NCBI GenBank assembly: GCA_020053795.1
Contig: JAGVMN010000007.1
Span: forward strand, 31,248 to 95,247
Origin: Bacteroidia bacterium
Lineage (GTDB): Bacteria > Bacteroidota > Bacteroidia > NS11-12g > UBA9320
Direction of reading: 5' to 3'
Length of the DNA stretch: 64,000 bases
Shown: in pieces, positions 48,107 to 58,570 of the stretch
Layout: each line of letters starts with the position of its first letter
Numbering within the stretch: position 1 is the stretch's first letter
Notes under the pieces: generated by a model
Database searches by the model: none
Seen by the model: the letters and a program-made list of their open reading frames with translations, nothing else
Told to the model about the DNA's origin: nothing
Position numbers and translations under genes: made by a program

Positions 48107-49733
48107 TCAGCCTTTTTGTATTTCCTTTATTCTTTCATGAATCCACTCCAACTTGTCAAGCACTTGAGTAACCATCAAATCTATAATCGTTTGCACATCG
48201 GCTCCTGTGATGGGTTGATGATACATTTTTTTCAGGTAGGGAATTTGTCCGTTATAATGGCTCAATACAAATCCGTACCAGTGAGCATCCTGGATAAAAC
48301 TGAGATTGAGATTTAGATCAAAATTCTCGGTTCCGGCTTTTTTGAACCCTCTCAATTGATAGTTAAAATTCAATTCCTTCAAGCCTCTTAGGTTGTCCTC
48401 GATTACCCAAAATGCATGTACATCGTCAATATGGTTAACTATTTGTCCATTGAGGTTCCAACTTTTTGTTTCCGTCAAATATGCTTCGTGAAATTCCTCA
48501 TGGAGTTTGTGAAGAATTTTCTGATAGAGAGGTGCGAGTCCTTCATTAAACAGATTCTGCAAGATTTGATAGGTTGCAGGCGTTCTCAATTCGTCTGCTT
48601 CTATGCTTTTAAGTTTGTCTTTTATTGCTTTCAGTCGTGCATCTACCGGGTTTTGATTTTCTTTAAACTCCTCATCCATTCTTTGCTCGATTTCCTCAAT
48701 ACTTGGTAGTTCCCCCTTAATGTCTTCAGGGAGTATTTGTGCAATGTTATATTGAGCAATGCCTATGGGTTTGCTGGTATCCCTTAGAGCATATTCCGCC
48801 ACAATCCTGTTATTGGTTTTACAAAGGATTAGTCCAATGGAAGTCTCATCACCTTCTCCTTTTAAGGTATCATCTGCCAAACCAAGATAAAGGTTCATTT
48901 TACTTACAAACTCGGCCTCAAATTCGCCGATCTTAAGATCAATGATAATGTATCGGTGCAGTTTGGTATGGTAAAATAAAAGATCGATGAAAAACTCTTT
49001 GCCTCCGGCTTCAAACTTTTTTTATCTGCCCATAAATGCAAATCCTTCTCCCAATTCAAGCAGTAATTTGGTTATTTGGGTCATCAAGGCATTCTCCAAG
49101 TCCCTTTCTTTGGCTTCTTCACTAAGCATGATAAAGTCCAGGTGATATGGGTCTTTAAAGTTGGACTGCAAATTCGGATTCATATTTGGGTAGTGTTACT
49201 TCAAAGTTGTTGGTGAGTGCCCCCTGTCGTTTGTGCAATTGGCTTTCAATCTGGTTTAGCAGCATATCTCTGGACCAACCGTTTTGAACTGCTTTTTGTG
49301 CATAAAAAAGCCTTTTATCCGTCTCTTTGAGTTTATCCAGCAATACGCAATTTTGGCCCCATGGTAATTGTGCAACAAGCCGTTGCATTAATTTAAGTTC
49401 TTCATTTTCAATACCTGGTAATTGTGCAACAGCTTGTTGCACAATTGTAAAATCAGGATATACCTCAGCAAAAGCCCTCATGTATTTGATATTTCTTAAG
49501 GATAGGCCTTTCATATCGGGAAACTCTGATTTTAGGTCAGCAGCCAACCTATCAATGACCTTGGCTCCCCAACCCTCATTCTTTTGCTGTCGCAAAATTG
49601 TATCACCAATTTCCCAATATACCTGCAACAGTTCTTTGTTCACAGCAAGCGTAGCCTTCAGTCTTGCCTGCTGTATTCTGAGTTTCAGACTTTGTAAAAC
49701 TTCTCCGTAATTCTTACCTAATTCAGAAATCAT
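48107..49733 (-). pseudogene. YhcG/DUF1016-family PD-(D/E)xK nuclease, disrupted by a frameshift near 49155 and an in-frame TAA near 49022
   Basis: N-terminal piece (49155..49733) is the YhcG N-domain (LAVNKELLQVYWEIGDTI...GWGAKVIDRLAADLKSEFPDMKGLSLRNIKYMRAF). The core continues in another frame as DLENALMTQITKLLLELGEGFAFMGR-TAA-KKFEAGGKEFFIDLLFYHTKLHRYIIIDLKIGEFEAEFVSKMNLYLGLADD and runs into the 48107..48898 ORF. Confidence 0.6.
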
Positions 49734-49839
49734 AATCGATTTTTAAAGTAGTCAAAGATAGGATTTTCAGGATATCAATTAAATCAAAATCTCCTTCTGG
49801 TAGGCAGCTTGTTTGTTTCCGATAAGTAACAATGCCCCT

Positions 49840-50982
49840 CTAAACCGCCAAACTATTTTGAAGAATTTGCCGCAGTTTCCCAACCGCGTAATCAATTTCT
49901 TTTGTTGTATTGGTTTTGTTAAAGGAGAATCGAAGGGCCACTCTGTCATCCGGCACTTTCAAAGCTTCTAACACATGAGAACCTTTGGCCGCACCACTGT
50001 TGCATGCCGATCCTCCGGAAACACAAACGCCTTCTAAATCAAGCATAAAAAGCAACATTTCATTCAAATCATTTGGTGGGATTGAAACACTCAATACGGT
50101 GTAAAGACTTTTTTCCGGAATGATGTTTCCATTGAAAGAAATATCGGAAATATTCTTCTGCACTTGTTCAATGAGGTAATTCTTAAGAAACTGAATTTTT
50201 GCGTGATCATCGGCCATGTTTCGGTTGGCAATTTCCATGGCCTTTGCCAAACCGACTATTCCATAAATGTTCTCCGTTCCTGCCCGGGTATTTCGCTCCT
50301 GACCACCACCCGTAATTATGGCGTGAATTTTCAGATGGTTGGCCATAAACAAAAAACCTGTTCCCTTGGGGCCATTAAATTTATGGGCCGAACAGGACAA
50401 AAAATCTATTCCAAACGTTTTAACATCAATATTGAGATGCCCCATCGTTTGTACGGTATCAGAATGAAAAAGGCATTTATGGCTCTTCGAAATAATCCCG
50501 ATTTTTTCCAGATCATTCAAAGTCCCGATTTCGTTGTTGGCATGCATCAGGCTGATCAGACTTCCCGGGTTTGCTGTTGCCAGGTCGTCCAGATGCAACA
50601 GATTAACACTACCGTCGGGATTCAAATCTACCATGAGACATTTAACCGAACCCTGTTTTTCCAGTTCTTTAGCGGTTTCTAAAACTGCCTTGTGTTCTAT
50701 AGGTGAGGTGATAATGGTCTTCACACCCAGGTCTTTAACCGCACACCTGACGGCCATATTGTCGGCCTCGGTTCCGCCACTGGTAAAGTATATTTCCGAA
50801 GCTTTGGCGTTGATGAAACCTGCCACCTGTTTTCGGCAATTTTCTATGACTCCCTTTGCAGCCCTTCCAAGTGAATGACTGGCCGATGGATTCCCATAGA
50901 CCTCACGCATGGTTGTGGTCATGGCCATGATCACCTCTTCTTCCATAGGTGCAGTGGCGGCGTTGTCGAAGTACACTCTCAT
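49840..50982 (-). CDS. cysteine desulfurase (class V aminotransferase, IscS/NifS family)
   Basis: FHSDTVQTMGH... and SGGSACNSG (catalytic Cys loop), 380 aa. The PLP-binding Lys region is in the middle of the protein. Confidence 0.75.
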   Translation of the reverse strand: MRVYFDNAATAPMEEEVIMAMTTTMREVYGNPSASHSLGRAAKGVIENCRKQVAGFINAKASEIYFTSGGTEADNMAVRCAVKDLGVKTIITSPIEHKAVLETAKELEKQGSVKCLMVDLNPDGSVNLLHLDDLATANPGSLISLMHANNEIGTLNDLEKIGIISKSHKCLFHSDTVQTMGHLNIDVKTFGIDFLSCSAHKFNGPKGTGFLFMANHLKIHAIITGGGQERNTRAGTENIYGIVGLAKAMEIANRNMADDHAKIQFLKNYLIEQVQKNISDISFNGNIIPEKSLYTVLSVSIPPNDLNEMLLFMLDLEGVCVSGGSACNSGAAKGSHVLEALKVPDDRVALRFSFNKTNTTKEIDYAVGKLRQILQNSLAV

Positions 50983-50998
50983 TTGAATATGATCCGAG

Positions 50999-51913
50999 TC
51001 AATTGAAACAATATTTTTTTCGAAATGTAGGATTCAGGCTAAGGTAACCCAACATCCGGTAGAGTAATTTGGCCAGTGTAAACTCTGAAATAATGCCATC
51101 AGGTTTTGGGGCAACTTCTACGATGTCGAAACCAACCACCTCTTTTTGCAGACAAACTTTTTTCAGCAATTCCTGCGTCTCGAACCAAAGAAGTCCGCCC
51201 GGTTCAGGGGTTCCCACGTTCGGTATAACAGACGGATCAAACCCGTCAGCATCAATGGTGATGTAAACTTTGTTACCGAGGGTTTTGACTATCTGATCTT
51301 GCCAATTGGGGTTTGAGCGAATTTGATGGGCATACCATGTATGGATATTAGATGAAGTTTTTATCAGTTCTGATTCTTCTATGCATTGTGCCCTGATTCC
51401 GGCCTGGCAAATCAGTGGCTTGTGATCATTGATTCTGGCCATAACCGAGGCATGAGAATATGGGTTGCCTTTATATGAAGCTCTAAGATCGCTATGTGCA
51501 TCTATTTGAAGAACTGATATATCCGGATATTTTTCATAAAATGCCTTAAAGAAACCATAGGTAACGGTGTGTTCGGCCCCAATTGATATGACAAATTTTT
51601 CATTGTCAATATGGGTTCGGGTCTCGCGTTCAATCAGGTCAATCGCGGCTTTATCAAAAACACCTTCAAAGCCAATGGGTTCAAGCGTACAAATACCGGT
51701 GCGTTTATAGGTTTCCTGATCCAGTTCTTCGTCATAAAACTCAACATAATGGGAGGATTCTAAAATGGCTTCCGGTCCTTTTTCAGAACCCATTGCATAG
51801 GACGATGTATGCTCGTAAGGAACACTTTGAATGACGACTTTACTGCCGGAATAACTATGCAGTTCAGGTTCTGTTATTCCGAGAAAATTGGATTCTGACT
51901 TAAGGAAATTCAT
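50999..51913 (-). CDS. arginase family protein (agmatinase/formiminoglutamase-like)
   Basis: Mn-binding motifs IGAEHTVT, DAHSDL and ITIDADGFDPS. Confidence 0.7.
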   Translation of the reverse strand: MNFLKSESNFLGITEPELHSYSGSKVVIQSVPYEHTSSYAMGSEKGPEAILESSHYVEFYDEELDQETYKRTGICTLEPIGFEGVFDKAAIDLIERETRTHIDNEKFVISIGAEHTVTYGFFKAFYEKYPDISVLQIDAHSDLRASYKGNPYSHASVMARINDHKPLICQAGIRAQCIEESELIKTSSNIHTWYAHQIRSNPNWQDQIVKTLGNKVYITIDADGFDPSVIPNVGTPEPGGLLWFETQELLKKVCLQKEVVGFDIVEVAPKPDGIISEFTLAKLLYRMLGYLSLNPTFRKKYCFN

Positions 51914-52091
51914 CTTTAAAGCTTGTTAAGACTATTTAGAAGTAGGTTGAATGCTTATTTAAAGCATCCGCCAGGTTTTTCTATTTGGAGTTAAATATAT
52001 TGCGGTATTAATCCCTTCTAAAATCATAATTCGTTGATCATTATTCGTAATTCGTTTTTCTATTTAATCAGTTTTCAGAAATGAATTAGCG

Positions 52092-52655
52092 TCAAGACTT
52101 CACCCTTTCAACATACTCACCCGTGCGGGTATCAACTCTGATTTTTTCTCCCTGCTCCACAAAAAGTGGAATCATCAGCGTAGCCCCTCCTTCTAAAGTG
52201 GCGGGTTTAAGCGGACTGTTGGCAGTGTCCCCTTTTACTCCCGGTTCCGAATAAACAACCTCTAAAACTACATGAGTTGGTATTTGAACACTCACCGGAT
52301 TTTCGCTTTCGAGCGAAATCAAAACAGCCATGCCTTCCTGTAAAAACTTAATTTGCTCTCCAAACAAAATTCGAGGTACGTTGATTTGTTCATAGGTTTC
52401 ATTGTCCATACACACATAGCTGTTTCCATCCTGATAGAGGTATTGGTATTCCTTCACCTCAACTCTCAATATTTCTACATCTTCGTCTGGAGAGAAACGG
52501 TACTCGGCCAGTTTGCCGGTTTTCAAAATCCGAAACTTGCCCTGATAAAAAGCTCTCAGGTTTCCTGGAGTGCGGTGCTGAAATTCTATGACCTGTGCCA
52601 GTTCTCCATTCCATTTGATGAAATTACCTACCGAAACCTGTGATGCTTTCGCCAT
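52092..52655 (-). CDS. efp: translation elongation factor P
   Basis: MAKASQVSVGNFIKWNGELAQVIEFQH...KPGKG-like loop (TPGNLRAF) and three OB-like domains. The 187-aa length fits EF-P. The track ORF extends 6 codons further upstream to 52673. Confidence 0.8.
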   Translation of the reverse strand: MAKASQVSVGNFIKWNGELAQVIEFQHRTPGNLRAFYQGKFRILKTGKLAEYRFSPDEDVEILRVEVKEYQYLYQDGNSYVCMDNETYEQINVPRILFGEQIKFLQEGMAVLISLESENPVSVQIPTHVVLEVVYSEPGVKGDTANSPLKPATLEGGATLMIPLFVEQGEKIRVDTRTGEYVERVKS

Positions 52656-53254
52656 GCTGTTTAATTTTGGCAAAGATAGGTTTGAAACCGAAAATTCTAA
52701 TTTCTAATTGATCAAATTTCCAATGTGGTTCCAAAATAGTGTTCTTAACAAAATGCTCATTCATTGAGGTGTGTTTGGTCATGATTATTCTTTTATTGCC
52801 TAAAACTTCATATACAGATTCATATTCGACACCATCGTGCGAGGGGTCTGGCTCCGATAGCGTAAAGATGTTAGAAATGGCATAGAATTCATTTTTAATA
52901 TTGGCAATAAACACCAGCATTTTTCAAAGTCTTTTATTCTGACTAATAATGTCCGCATATCCTTAAAATTATTACTTCGCAGAGGCTGCAGCGTGAGGTT
53001 ATTGGTTTGAAGAATAAGGACCTATGAACCGGATAAATTTTATCTACCCATTCCGCTACAAGCTAAAGATAATCAAAGAGCAACGTTATGTTACTGTCAT
53101 GGCTGAGTCAACCCATTAGAAGATTTAAACACCTGAAAACAAAGCCGACAAATCCGAAACTTTAAATCCGATACCTGTCGGATGAAGGTTTTGGACAATC
53201 ACTACTCAGGTGTAATCAACAAGACAATTACCAAGAAAATGGATTAAGCATGTA

Positions 53255-53560
53255 TTGTTTTCAACGACAGAAGCACCGGCTATTTGGACATTGCAGAACT
53301 TACAGAAGTGCATATCACAGAGAAATAAACTGCCGCAACTGCTAAAACAACATTGCAGTGGGTTCACATGGCCATCAGCCATGCAAAAAGAACACTGCCG
53401 GGCATCACAAAATCAAAGGCCGTTATTTACAGTCATACCTGAATGAATACTGCTATAAAATCAACCGAAGATATTTTAAAAAACACCTCTTTGATGGCCT
53501 AACTTTGGCCTCGCTATTATCTACCGGTAAACTAAAGGAAATACGGTCAATTAATGGTTG
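53255..53560 (+). mobile_element. IS1595-family transposase C-terminal remnant (frameshifted)
   Basis: WVHMAISHAKRTLPG... then in another frame HKIKGRYLQSYLNEYCYKINRRYFKKHLFD. This matches the conserved IS1595 transposase C-terminus (HLQ.YL.EF.FRFNRR). Confidence 0.5.
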
Positions 53561-53703
53561 CAAACCAAACGAAATACGAATTCTTTTTGCAGGAGTACTT
53601 GAATTTCCCGCTCATGTTTCAAAAATAATTAATATTTTAAGCGTGTGAAAAACCCAGCACTTGACCAACAGTTTAATGGACGATGAATTGGTGTACAACA
53701 TTT

Positions 53704-54387
53704 TTAATCCAGGCTAATATATTTCAAAAACTCAGCTCTGGTGGCTTCATTCAGGAATTGACCGTGAATGGAGGCAGTGATGGTTGAACAGTTTACATCT
53801 TCAACCCCGCGAGAAGCTACGCACATGTGAACAGCATCTATGACAACAGCAACATCTTTGGTTTTTAATGCCTTTTTCAATTCTTCAGAAATCTGTCTTG
53901 TCAACCTTTCCTGAACCTGTGGTCTCTTGCAATAGTATTTGACTATCCTGTTAATCTTAGAAAGACCTATTACTTCACCGTTGGAGATGTAAGCCACATG
54001 AGCTTTTCCTATTATTGGCACTAAATGATGCTCGCAAATTGAATACACATTAATGTTCTTTTCTACCAACATTTGGTTGTAGCGATATTTGTTTTCGAAC
54101 AGGGTTATTTTAGGTTTATTGGCCGGGTTCAAACCTGAAAATATTTCTTTGACATACATCTTTGCTACCCGATGTGGTGTACGTTTCAAGCTGTCATCCG
54201 TCAAATCGAGACCAAGAATGTCTAAGATTTGTTCGAAATGAACAGCAATTTTGGCTATCTTTTCATCATCCGGTAGCTCAAAGGCATCGCTCCTAATGGG
54301 TGTCTCCACAGCACTTGTTATATGATCTTCACCCAAGAAATCAAGCTCATTTTCCAGAGTATTCAACAAAGTTTTTTTCGGTTTCAT
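53704..54387 (-). CDS. folE: GTP cyclohydrolase I
   Basis: CEHHLVPIIGKAHVAYI zinc/catalytic motif. C-terminal QERLT...HMCVASRGV. Confidence 0.85.
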   Translation of the reverse strand: MKPKKTLLNTLENELDFLGEDHITSAVETPIRSDAFELPDDEKIAKIAVHFEQILDILGLDLTDDSLKRTPHRVAKMYVKEIFSGLNPANKPKITLFENKYRYNQMLVEKNINVYSICEHHLVPIIGKAHVAYISNGEVIGLSKINRIVKYYCKRPQVQERLTRQISEELKKALKTKDVAVVIDAVHMCVASRGVEDVNCSTITASIHGQFLNEATRAEFLKYISLD

Positions 54388-54757
54388 ATAAGGTTATAGA
54401 GAGGGCAAATTTCAATTCTATTTTTTCGCGGAGGATATTCCAAATTACAAATGCAATATTCTCTACCGTGGTATTCAGGTTTTTGAACTCAACAATATCG
54501 AGATTTAGATTTCGGTGATCAAACCTGTCAGTGACATTGGTTCTTACAATGGTTTTCAAAGATTTCAAATCCAAAAGAAATCCTGTTTCATGGTCCACCT
54601 CTCCGGTTATTTTTACAATCAGTTCATAGTTGTGTCCATGATAATTCCGGTTGTTACATAGGCCAAAAATGGCTTTGTTCTTTGCATCATCCCAATTAGG
54701 ATTGTGCAAACGATGTGCTGCGTTAAAATATTCTTTTCTAGATACCGAAATTATCAT
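54347..54757 (-). CDS. queD: 6-carboxy-5,6,7,8-tetrahydropterin synthase / 6-pyruvoyl-tetrahydropterin synthase family
   Basis: NAAHRL...HGHNYEL zinc-binding His triad pattern. Size is 136 aa. It overlaps folE. Confidence 0.75.
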   Translation of the reverse strand: MIISVSRKEYFNAAHRLHNPNWDDAKNKAIFGLCNNRNYHGHNYELIVKITGEVDHETGFLLDLKSLKTIVRTNVTDRFDHRNLNLDIVEFKNLNTTVENIAFVIWNILREKIELKFALSITLYETEKNFVEYSGK

Positions 54758-55176
54758 TCAGGAAGCAAAAATCAAACCTACGATTTTTTTTGAAAGCAAC
54801 AGTTCAATTTTACAATGGTTCATTTGAATTTCGGACAAAAGACGTTTATAAATAAACTGACAATTGGCAACTGTATGCAACGAATGTTCATCCATTTGGC
54901 ATCTATGATTCAACAAATTTATATTGAATTGTCTGATTTAGGTCAGATTTTACTGACAGAAGAAATAATAAGTTTCGATAAATGGTTGATACCAAAGGAT
55001 TGATTAAAAGAATAAAGCGGCATTATTGACAAATAGGAAATTGATATGACAAAAGTCTTATTTTATACCAAAATAGAAACCTAATTTTGTTGAACAAAAA
55101 TAAGAAAAGGATAAACGAGAAAGCAGTTATCCTTATAGAGTAAAAACAAAAGCAACTATATTTAAAACAAGAAACC

Positions 55177-55719
55177 ATGACACTACCTGAATTCAATCAC
55201 AAAGTAACCCGAGAGGCAAAACCCTTGAGGCACTATGCTATGCAACTGACAAAAAATGAAGAAGATGCAAACGATCTGGTGCAAGAGACCATGTTAAAGG
55301 CTTTTACTTATCAGAGTAAGTTTAGAGAGGGTACTAACCTGAAGGGTTGGTTATATACGATAATGAAGAACAGCTTCATCAATAATTATCGCCGAATTTC
55401 GAGAAGAAACACCTTTATTGATACCACTGAAAACACCTTTTATATAGACTCAAAGGATTTGGTAACCGAAAATCAGGGCGAGATAAAGTTTTTGAGAAAG
55501 GATTTGGAAGCTGCCATTGATTTGTTGCAGCCTGACCTTAAAATAACTTTCAATCTTAATATGTTGGGCTATAAATATCATGAGATAGCTGAGGAGTTGC
55601 ATATTCCGATTGGTACAGTCAAAACAAGAATATTTGTTGCCAGGCGAAAACTTAGGGATCGCCTGAAGTCTTATGCCGAGTTTTACGGACTCAGCAATAA
55701 AGTAACAGACGAGGATTAA
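55177..55719 (+). CDS. RNA polymerase ECF-type sigma-70 factor
   Basis: Region 2 LVQETMLKAFTYQSKF...GWLYTIMKNSFINNYRR. Region 4 HTH YHEIAEELHIPIGTVKTRIFVARRKLR. Confidence 0.8.
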   Translation: MTLPEFNHKVTREAKPLRHYAMQLTKNEEDANDLVQETMLKAFTYQSKFREGTNLKGWLYTIMKNSFINNYRRISRRNTFIDTTENTFYIDSKDLVTENQGEIKFLRKDLEAAIDLLQPDLKITFNLNMLGYKYHEIAEELHIPIGTVKTRIFVARRKLRDRLKSYAEFYGLSNKVTDED

Positions 55720-55812
55720 TAAATTGTAGCCAACAAGTCGGTACGGTGAACAGGGCAACAAGCATTAAAAATTGCACAAAAAATGCAACACATTAAAGGG
55801 GAGTGTAGGTAA

Positions 55813-56570
55813 ACTCTAAACATTGGCATTAGCACTCAGGGAAAAATAGTAAGTATAGACAGTAAGACTGTTCGGGGTTCCAAAGATGAAGGCCATGGAA
55901 AATATGCCATTCACCTGGACAGGATCTGGTGCTATTTCAATAGCATTACCTTAGTACAAATCAAAAAAGAAAGCAAGTCAAATGAAATACTAGCGGGAAA
56001 GGAATTATTAGATGATTGTCTGTGGATGATGCGATAATCACAGCAGATGCAATAAGTTGCCAAAGAAAAATTGCAGCACAGATTATAGACAGAAATCCAG
56101 ATTACATTTTAGCCGTCAATGAAAATCGGCCTGGCCTTCCGGAAGAAATAGAAGACCTTTTCAAATACCTGAGTTCAGAACAGACATTTACCCAAATTCA
56201 GGAAGAACATGGGAGAAAGAAACCCGCGATCAGTATTATTATCAATAAGCTCGAGGAACTTCATAAAAAGGAGGACTTGAAGAATATGAAGACCATTATA
56301 AAAATTGATGTTACCAGAGTAATTAAAGAGAAAAAAACTCATCATACCCGATACTACTTATCCGGTTGCAAGCAAACTCCCGAAACCTTTAATACTGATA
56401 ACAAAACCCATAGGTCAATTGAAAACTCTTGTCACCTGGTATTGGATGCACTGTTCAATGAGGACAAAAGTCGAAAACGAAAAGACGAAGCAGATGAAAA
56501 CATTGCTGTCATTCGAAAAATAGCGTTGAATCTTCTTAAGAACAAGCCATACAAACGCTTTGGAGTTTAG
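55813..56570 (+). mobile_element. ISAs1-family transposase remnant (N-terminal domain missing, frameshift near 56010)
   Basis: Frame 1 reads ...IDSKTVRGSKDEGHGKYAIHLDRIWCYFNSITLVQIKKESKSNEILAGKELLD. The next frame reads ADAISCQRKIAAQIIDRNPDYILAVNENRPGL ... HRSIENSCHLVLDALFNEDKSRKRKDEADENIAVIRKIALNLLK. Both are colinear with the ISAs1 DDE transposase C-terminal two thirds. Confidence 0.55.
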
Positions 56571-56709
56571 AACAAATGACTTTTCAGCTTCTTGAAATCA
56601 TGATTTCCTTCTTTCCCTAATAATTTAATCGCGTGTTGCCCTGTTATCGTGAAGCGGTGATTCATTATTGAAAGGAAAATAGACTACTTTTGCGGCCTTC
56701 AAATAAAAC

Positions 56710-57657
56710 ATGCTCACAAGAAGGCTCATTAGGATTAAGGTTTTTCAAGAATTGTATGCCCATCTTCAATCAAAAAATACCAGTACACAAAGTAGTCTAA
56801 ACTACCTCAAGAAATCCCTAACCGGAATCAGAGATACCTTCAATTTGGTCGTTACTTTCCCAATTGAACTTTTCCATTATGTTAAAATTCACTTTAACCC
56901 TTCCGACCGCTATTTAAACAATGAAAGCAACGGCAAACAATTTGAATTATTGACGGCCAATCGGCCATTAGAAATTCTGAAACAACATGAAGACATTAGG
57001 GATTCTATGGCAAAACCCCGCTACAATTGGTTTTTAGATTCTGACTTCCTGGCAATTATTTATAAGAAGATAGTTGCCAGCGAAAAGTTTGCCCGTTTCG
57101 TTAGCACTGATTCCACAGGTTTCAAAGAACAACAGGAATTTCTGCTTTGGCTGTATGAATTCCTCATGCGTGAATCGGAAGATTTCGATCTGAAAATGGA
57201 GGACCTTGAATTGCATTGGGGTGATGAAAAATATGCTTTGTTTCAGGGCATTAAAAAGACCGTTGAATCACTCCATGAAGATGCTAAACCTGAAGAAATT
57301 GAAATTCCTGTTTTGTCGCGAGACATTGAAGATGATCTTGAATTTGCAAGGACTCTCTTAAATACCTGTATATCAAAAGCCACGGAGTATGAAGATTTGA
57401 TTGCTTCGAAAACACCCGGCTGGGAAAGCGAAAGAATAGCCCGTCCCGATTTGATTTTAATGATTATGGCTATATGTGAATTTTTGGAATTTCCGCAAAT
57501 ACCCGTCAAAGTTACCATTAATGAATACCTCGAATTGGCGAAATTATACAGTACACCTCAAAGTTCTAAGTTCATCAATGGTATTTTAGATCGGCTTCTG
57601 AAAGATATGACTGAAGCTAAACTGATAGTTAAAAAAGGACGGGGGTTGACAGGATAA
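56710..57657 (+). CDS. nusB: transcription antitermination factor NusB (long Bacteroidetes form)
   Basis: N-terminal RRLIRIKVFQELYA. C-terminal INEYLELAKLYSTPQSSKFINGILDRL. Confidence 0.8.
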   Translation: MLTRRLIRIKVFQELYAHLQSKNTSTQSSLNYLKKSLTGIRDTFNLVVTFPIELFHYVKIHFNPSDRYLNNESNGKQFELLTANRPLEILKQHEDIRDSMAKPRYNWFLDSDFLAIIYKKIVASEKFARFVSTDSTGFKEQQEFLLWLYEFLMRESEDFDLKMEDLELHWGDEKYALFQGIKKTVESLHEDAKPEEIEIPVLSRDIEDDLEFARTLLNTCISKATEYEDLIASKTPGWESERIARPDLILMIMAICEFLEFPQIPVKVTINEYLELAKLYSTPQSSKFINGILDRLLKDMTEAKLIVKKGRGLTG

Positions 57658-57685
57658 TGTTTTAGAATGTAAATTTGCCTGATAA

Positions 57686-58213
57686 ATGTGTACAACAATG
57701 AAAAATATATTATTCATCACATCAATTTTTGCAGTTTTTGCATGCAACCAAAAAGGATCTGACAATTCCGGATCTTCAGTTTCTAATGATGCCACCGAAC
57801 AGGTTTCCATCAATGAGGGAAGTGAGGGACAAAATATTGATCCTGACGTAATAACAAACAAAGAATCGGCATCCGGTCATAAAGGAAAACCTGCTGAACC
57901 CGTTTTTAAGTTTGAAGAAGAAGAATGGGATTTTGGAACGATTACCGAAGGTGCAAAAGTGAGTCATACTTTTCGGTTTAAAAATGTTGGCAATGCACCA
58001 TTGGTTATTCAAAGTGCAACAGCCTCTTGTGGATGCACCATTCCGAAATTTTCAAAAGAACCGATTGCACCGGGAGAAGAGGGTAAAATACCGGTCGAAT
58101 TTGACAGCAAGGGAAAAGAATCACAAATAACCAAGGACATAAACATCATTGCCAATACCAATCCGGTACAAAAAATCATACGTATTAAAGTAAACGTAGT
58201 TCCAAAAAAATAA
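57686..58213 (+). CDS. DUF1573 domain lipoprotein
   Basis: Lipoprotein signal (FAVFAC) and the ASCGCT motif typical of DUF1573. It sits at the conserved position between nusB and yajC. Confidence 0.7.
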   Translation: MCTTMKNILFITSIFAVFACNQKGSDNSGSSVSNDATEQVSINEGSEGQNIDPDVITNKESASGHKGKPAEPVFKFEEEEWDFGTITEGAKVSHTFRFKNVGNAPLVIQSATASCGCTIPKFSKEPIAPGEEGKIPVEFDSKGKESQITKDINIIANTNPVQKIIRIKVNVVPKK

Positions 58214-58217
58214 ACCC

Positions 58218-58526
58218 ATGACAAATTACACAATTCTTCTGCAAACAGGAGGCCTTAACCCCATGTACATGATAGTCCTGATGATTGTTGTGTTCTATTT
58301 TTTCATGATTCTTCCCCAGGTAAGGAGAAACAAGGCACAAAAGAAATTCAGGGAAGAGTTGTCAAAGGGGACGCATATCATTACTTCAGGGGGTATTCAC
58401 GGAAAAATTATTGAAATGAAGGAAACCACTGTGATCATAGAAACCGAAGAAGGTGGTAAGCTGAAAATTGAGAAAACAGCTATCAGTCCTGAAGCAACAC
58501 AAGCCATGAATAATCCTAAAAAATAA
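58218..58526 (+). CDS. yajC: preprotein translocase subunit YajC
   Basis: Single TM followed by ILPQVRRNKAQKKFREELSKG...GGIHGKII. Confidence 0.8.
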   Translation: MTNYTILLQTGGLNPMYMIVLMIVVFYFFMILPQVRRNKAQKKFREELSKGTHIITSGGIHGKIIEMKETTVIIETEEGGKLKIEKTAISPEATQAMNNPKK

Positions 58527-58570
58527 ACAATAAGTTACACTGTTACCAGAGGGATTTGCATGTATAAGCA

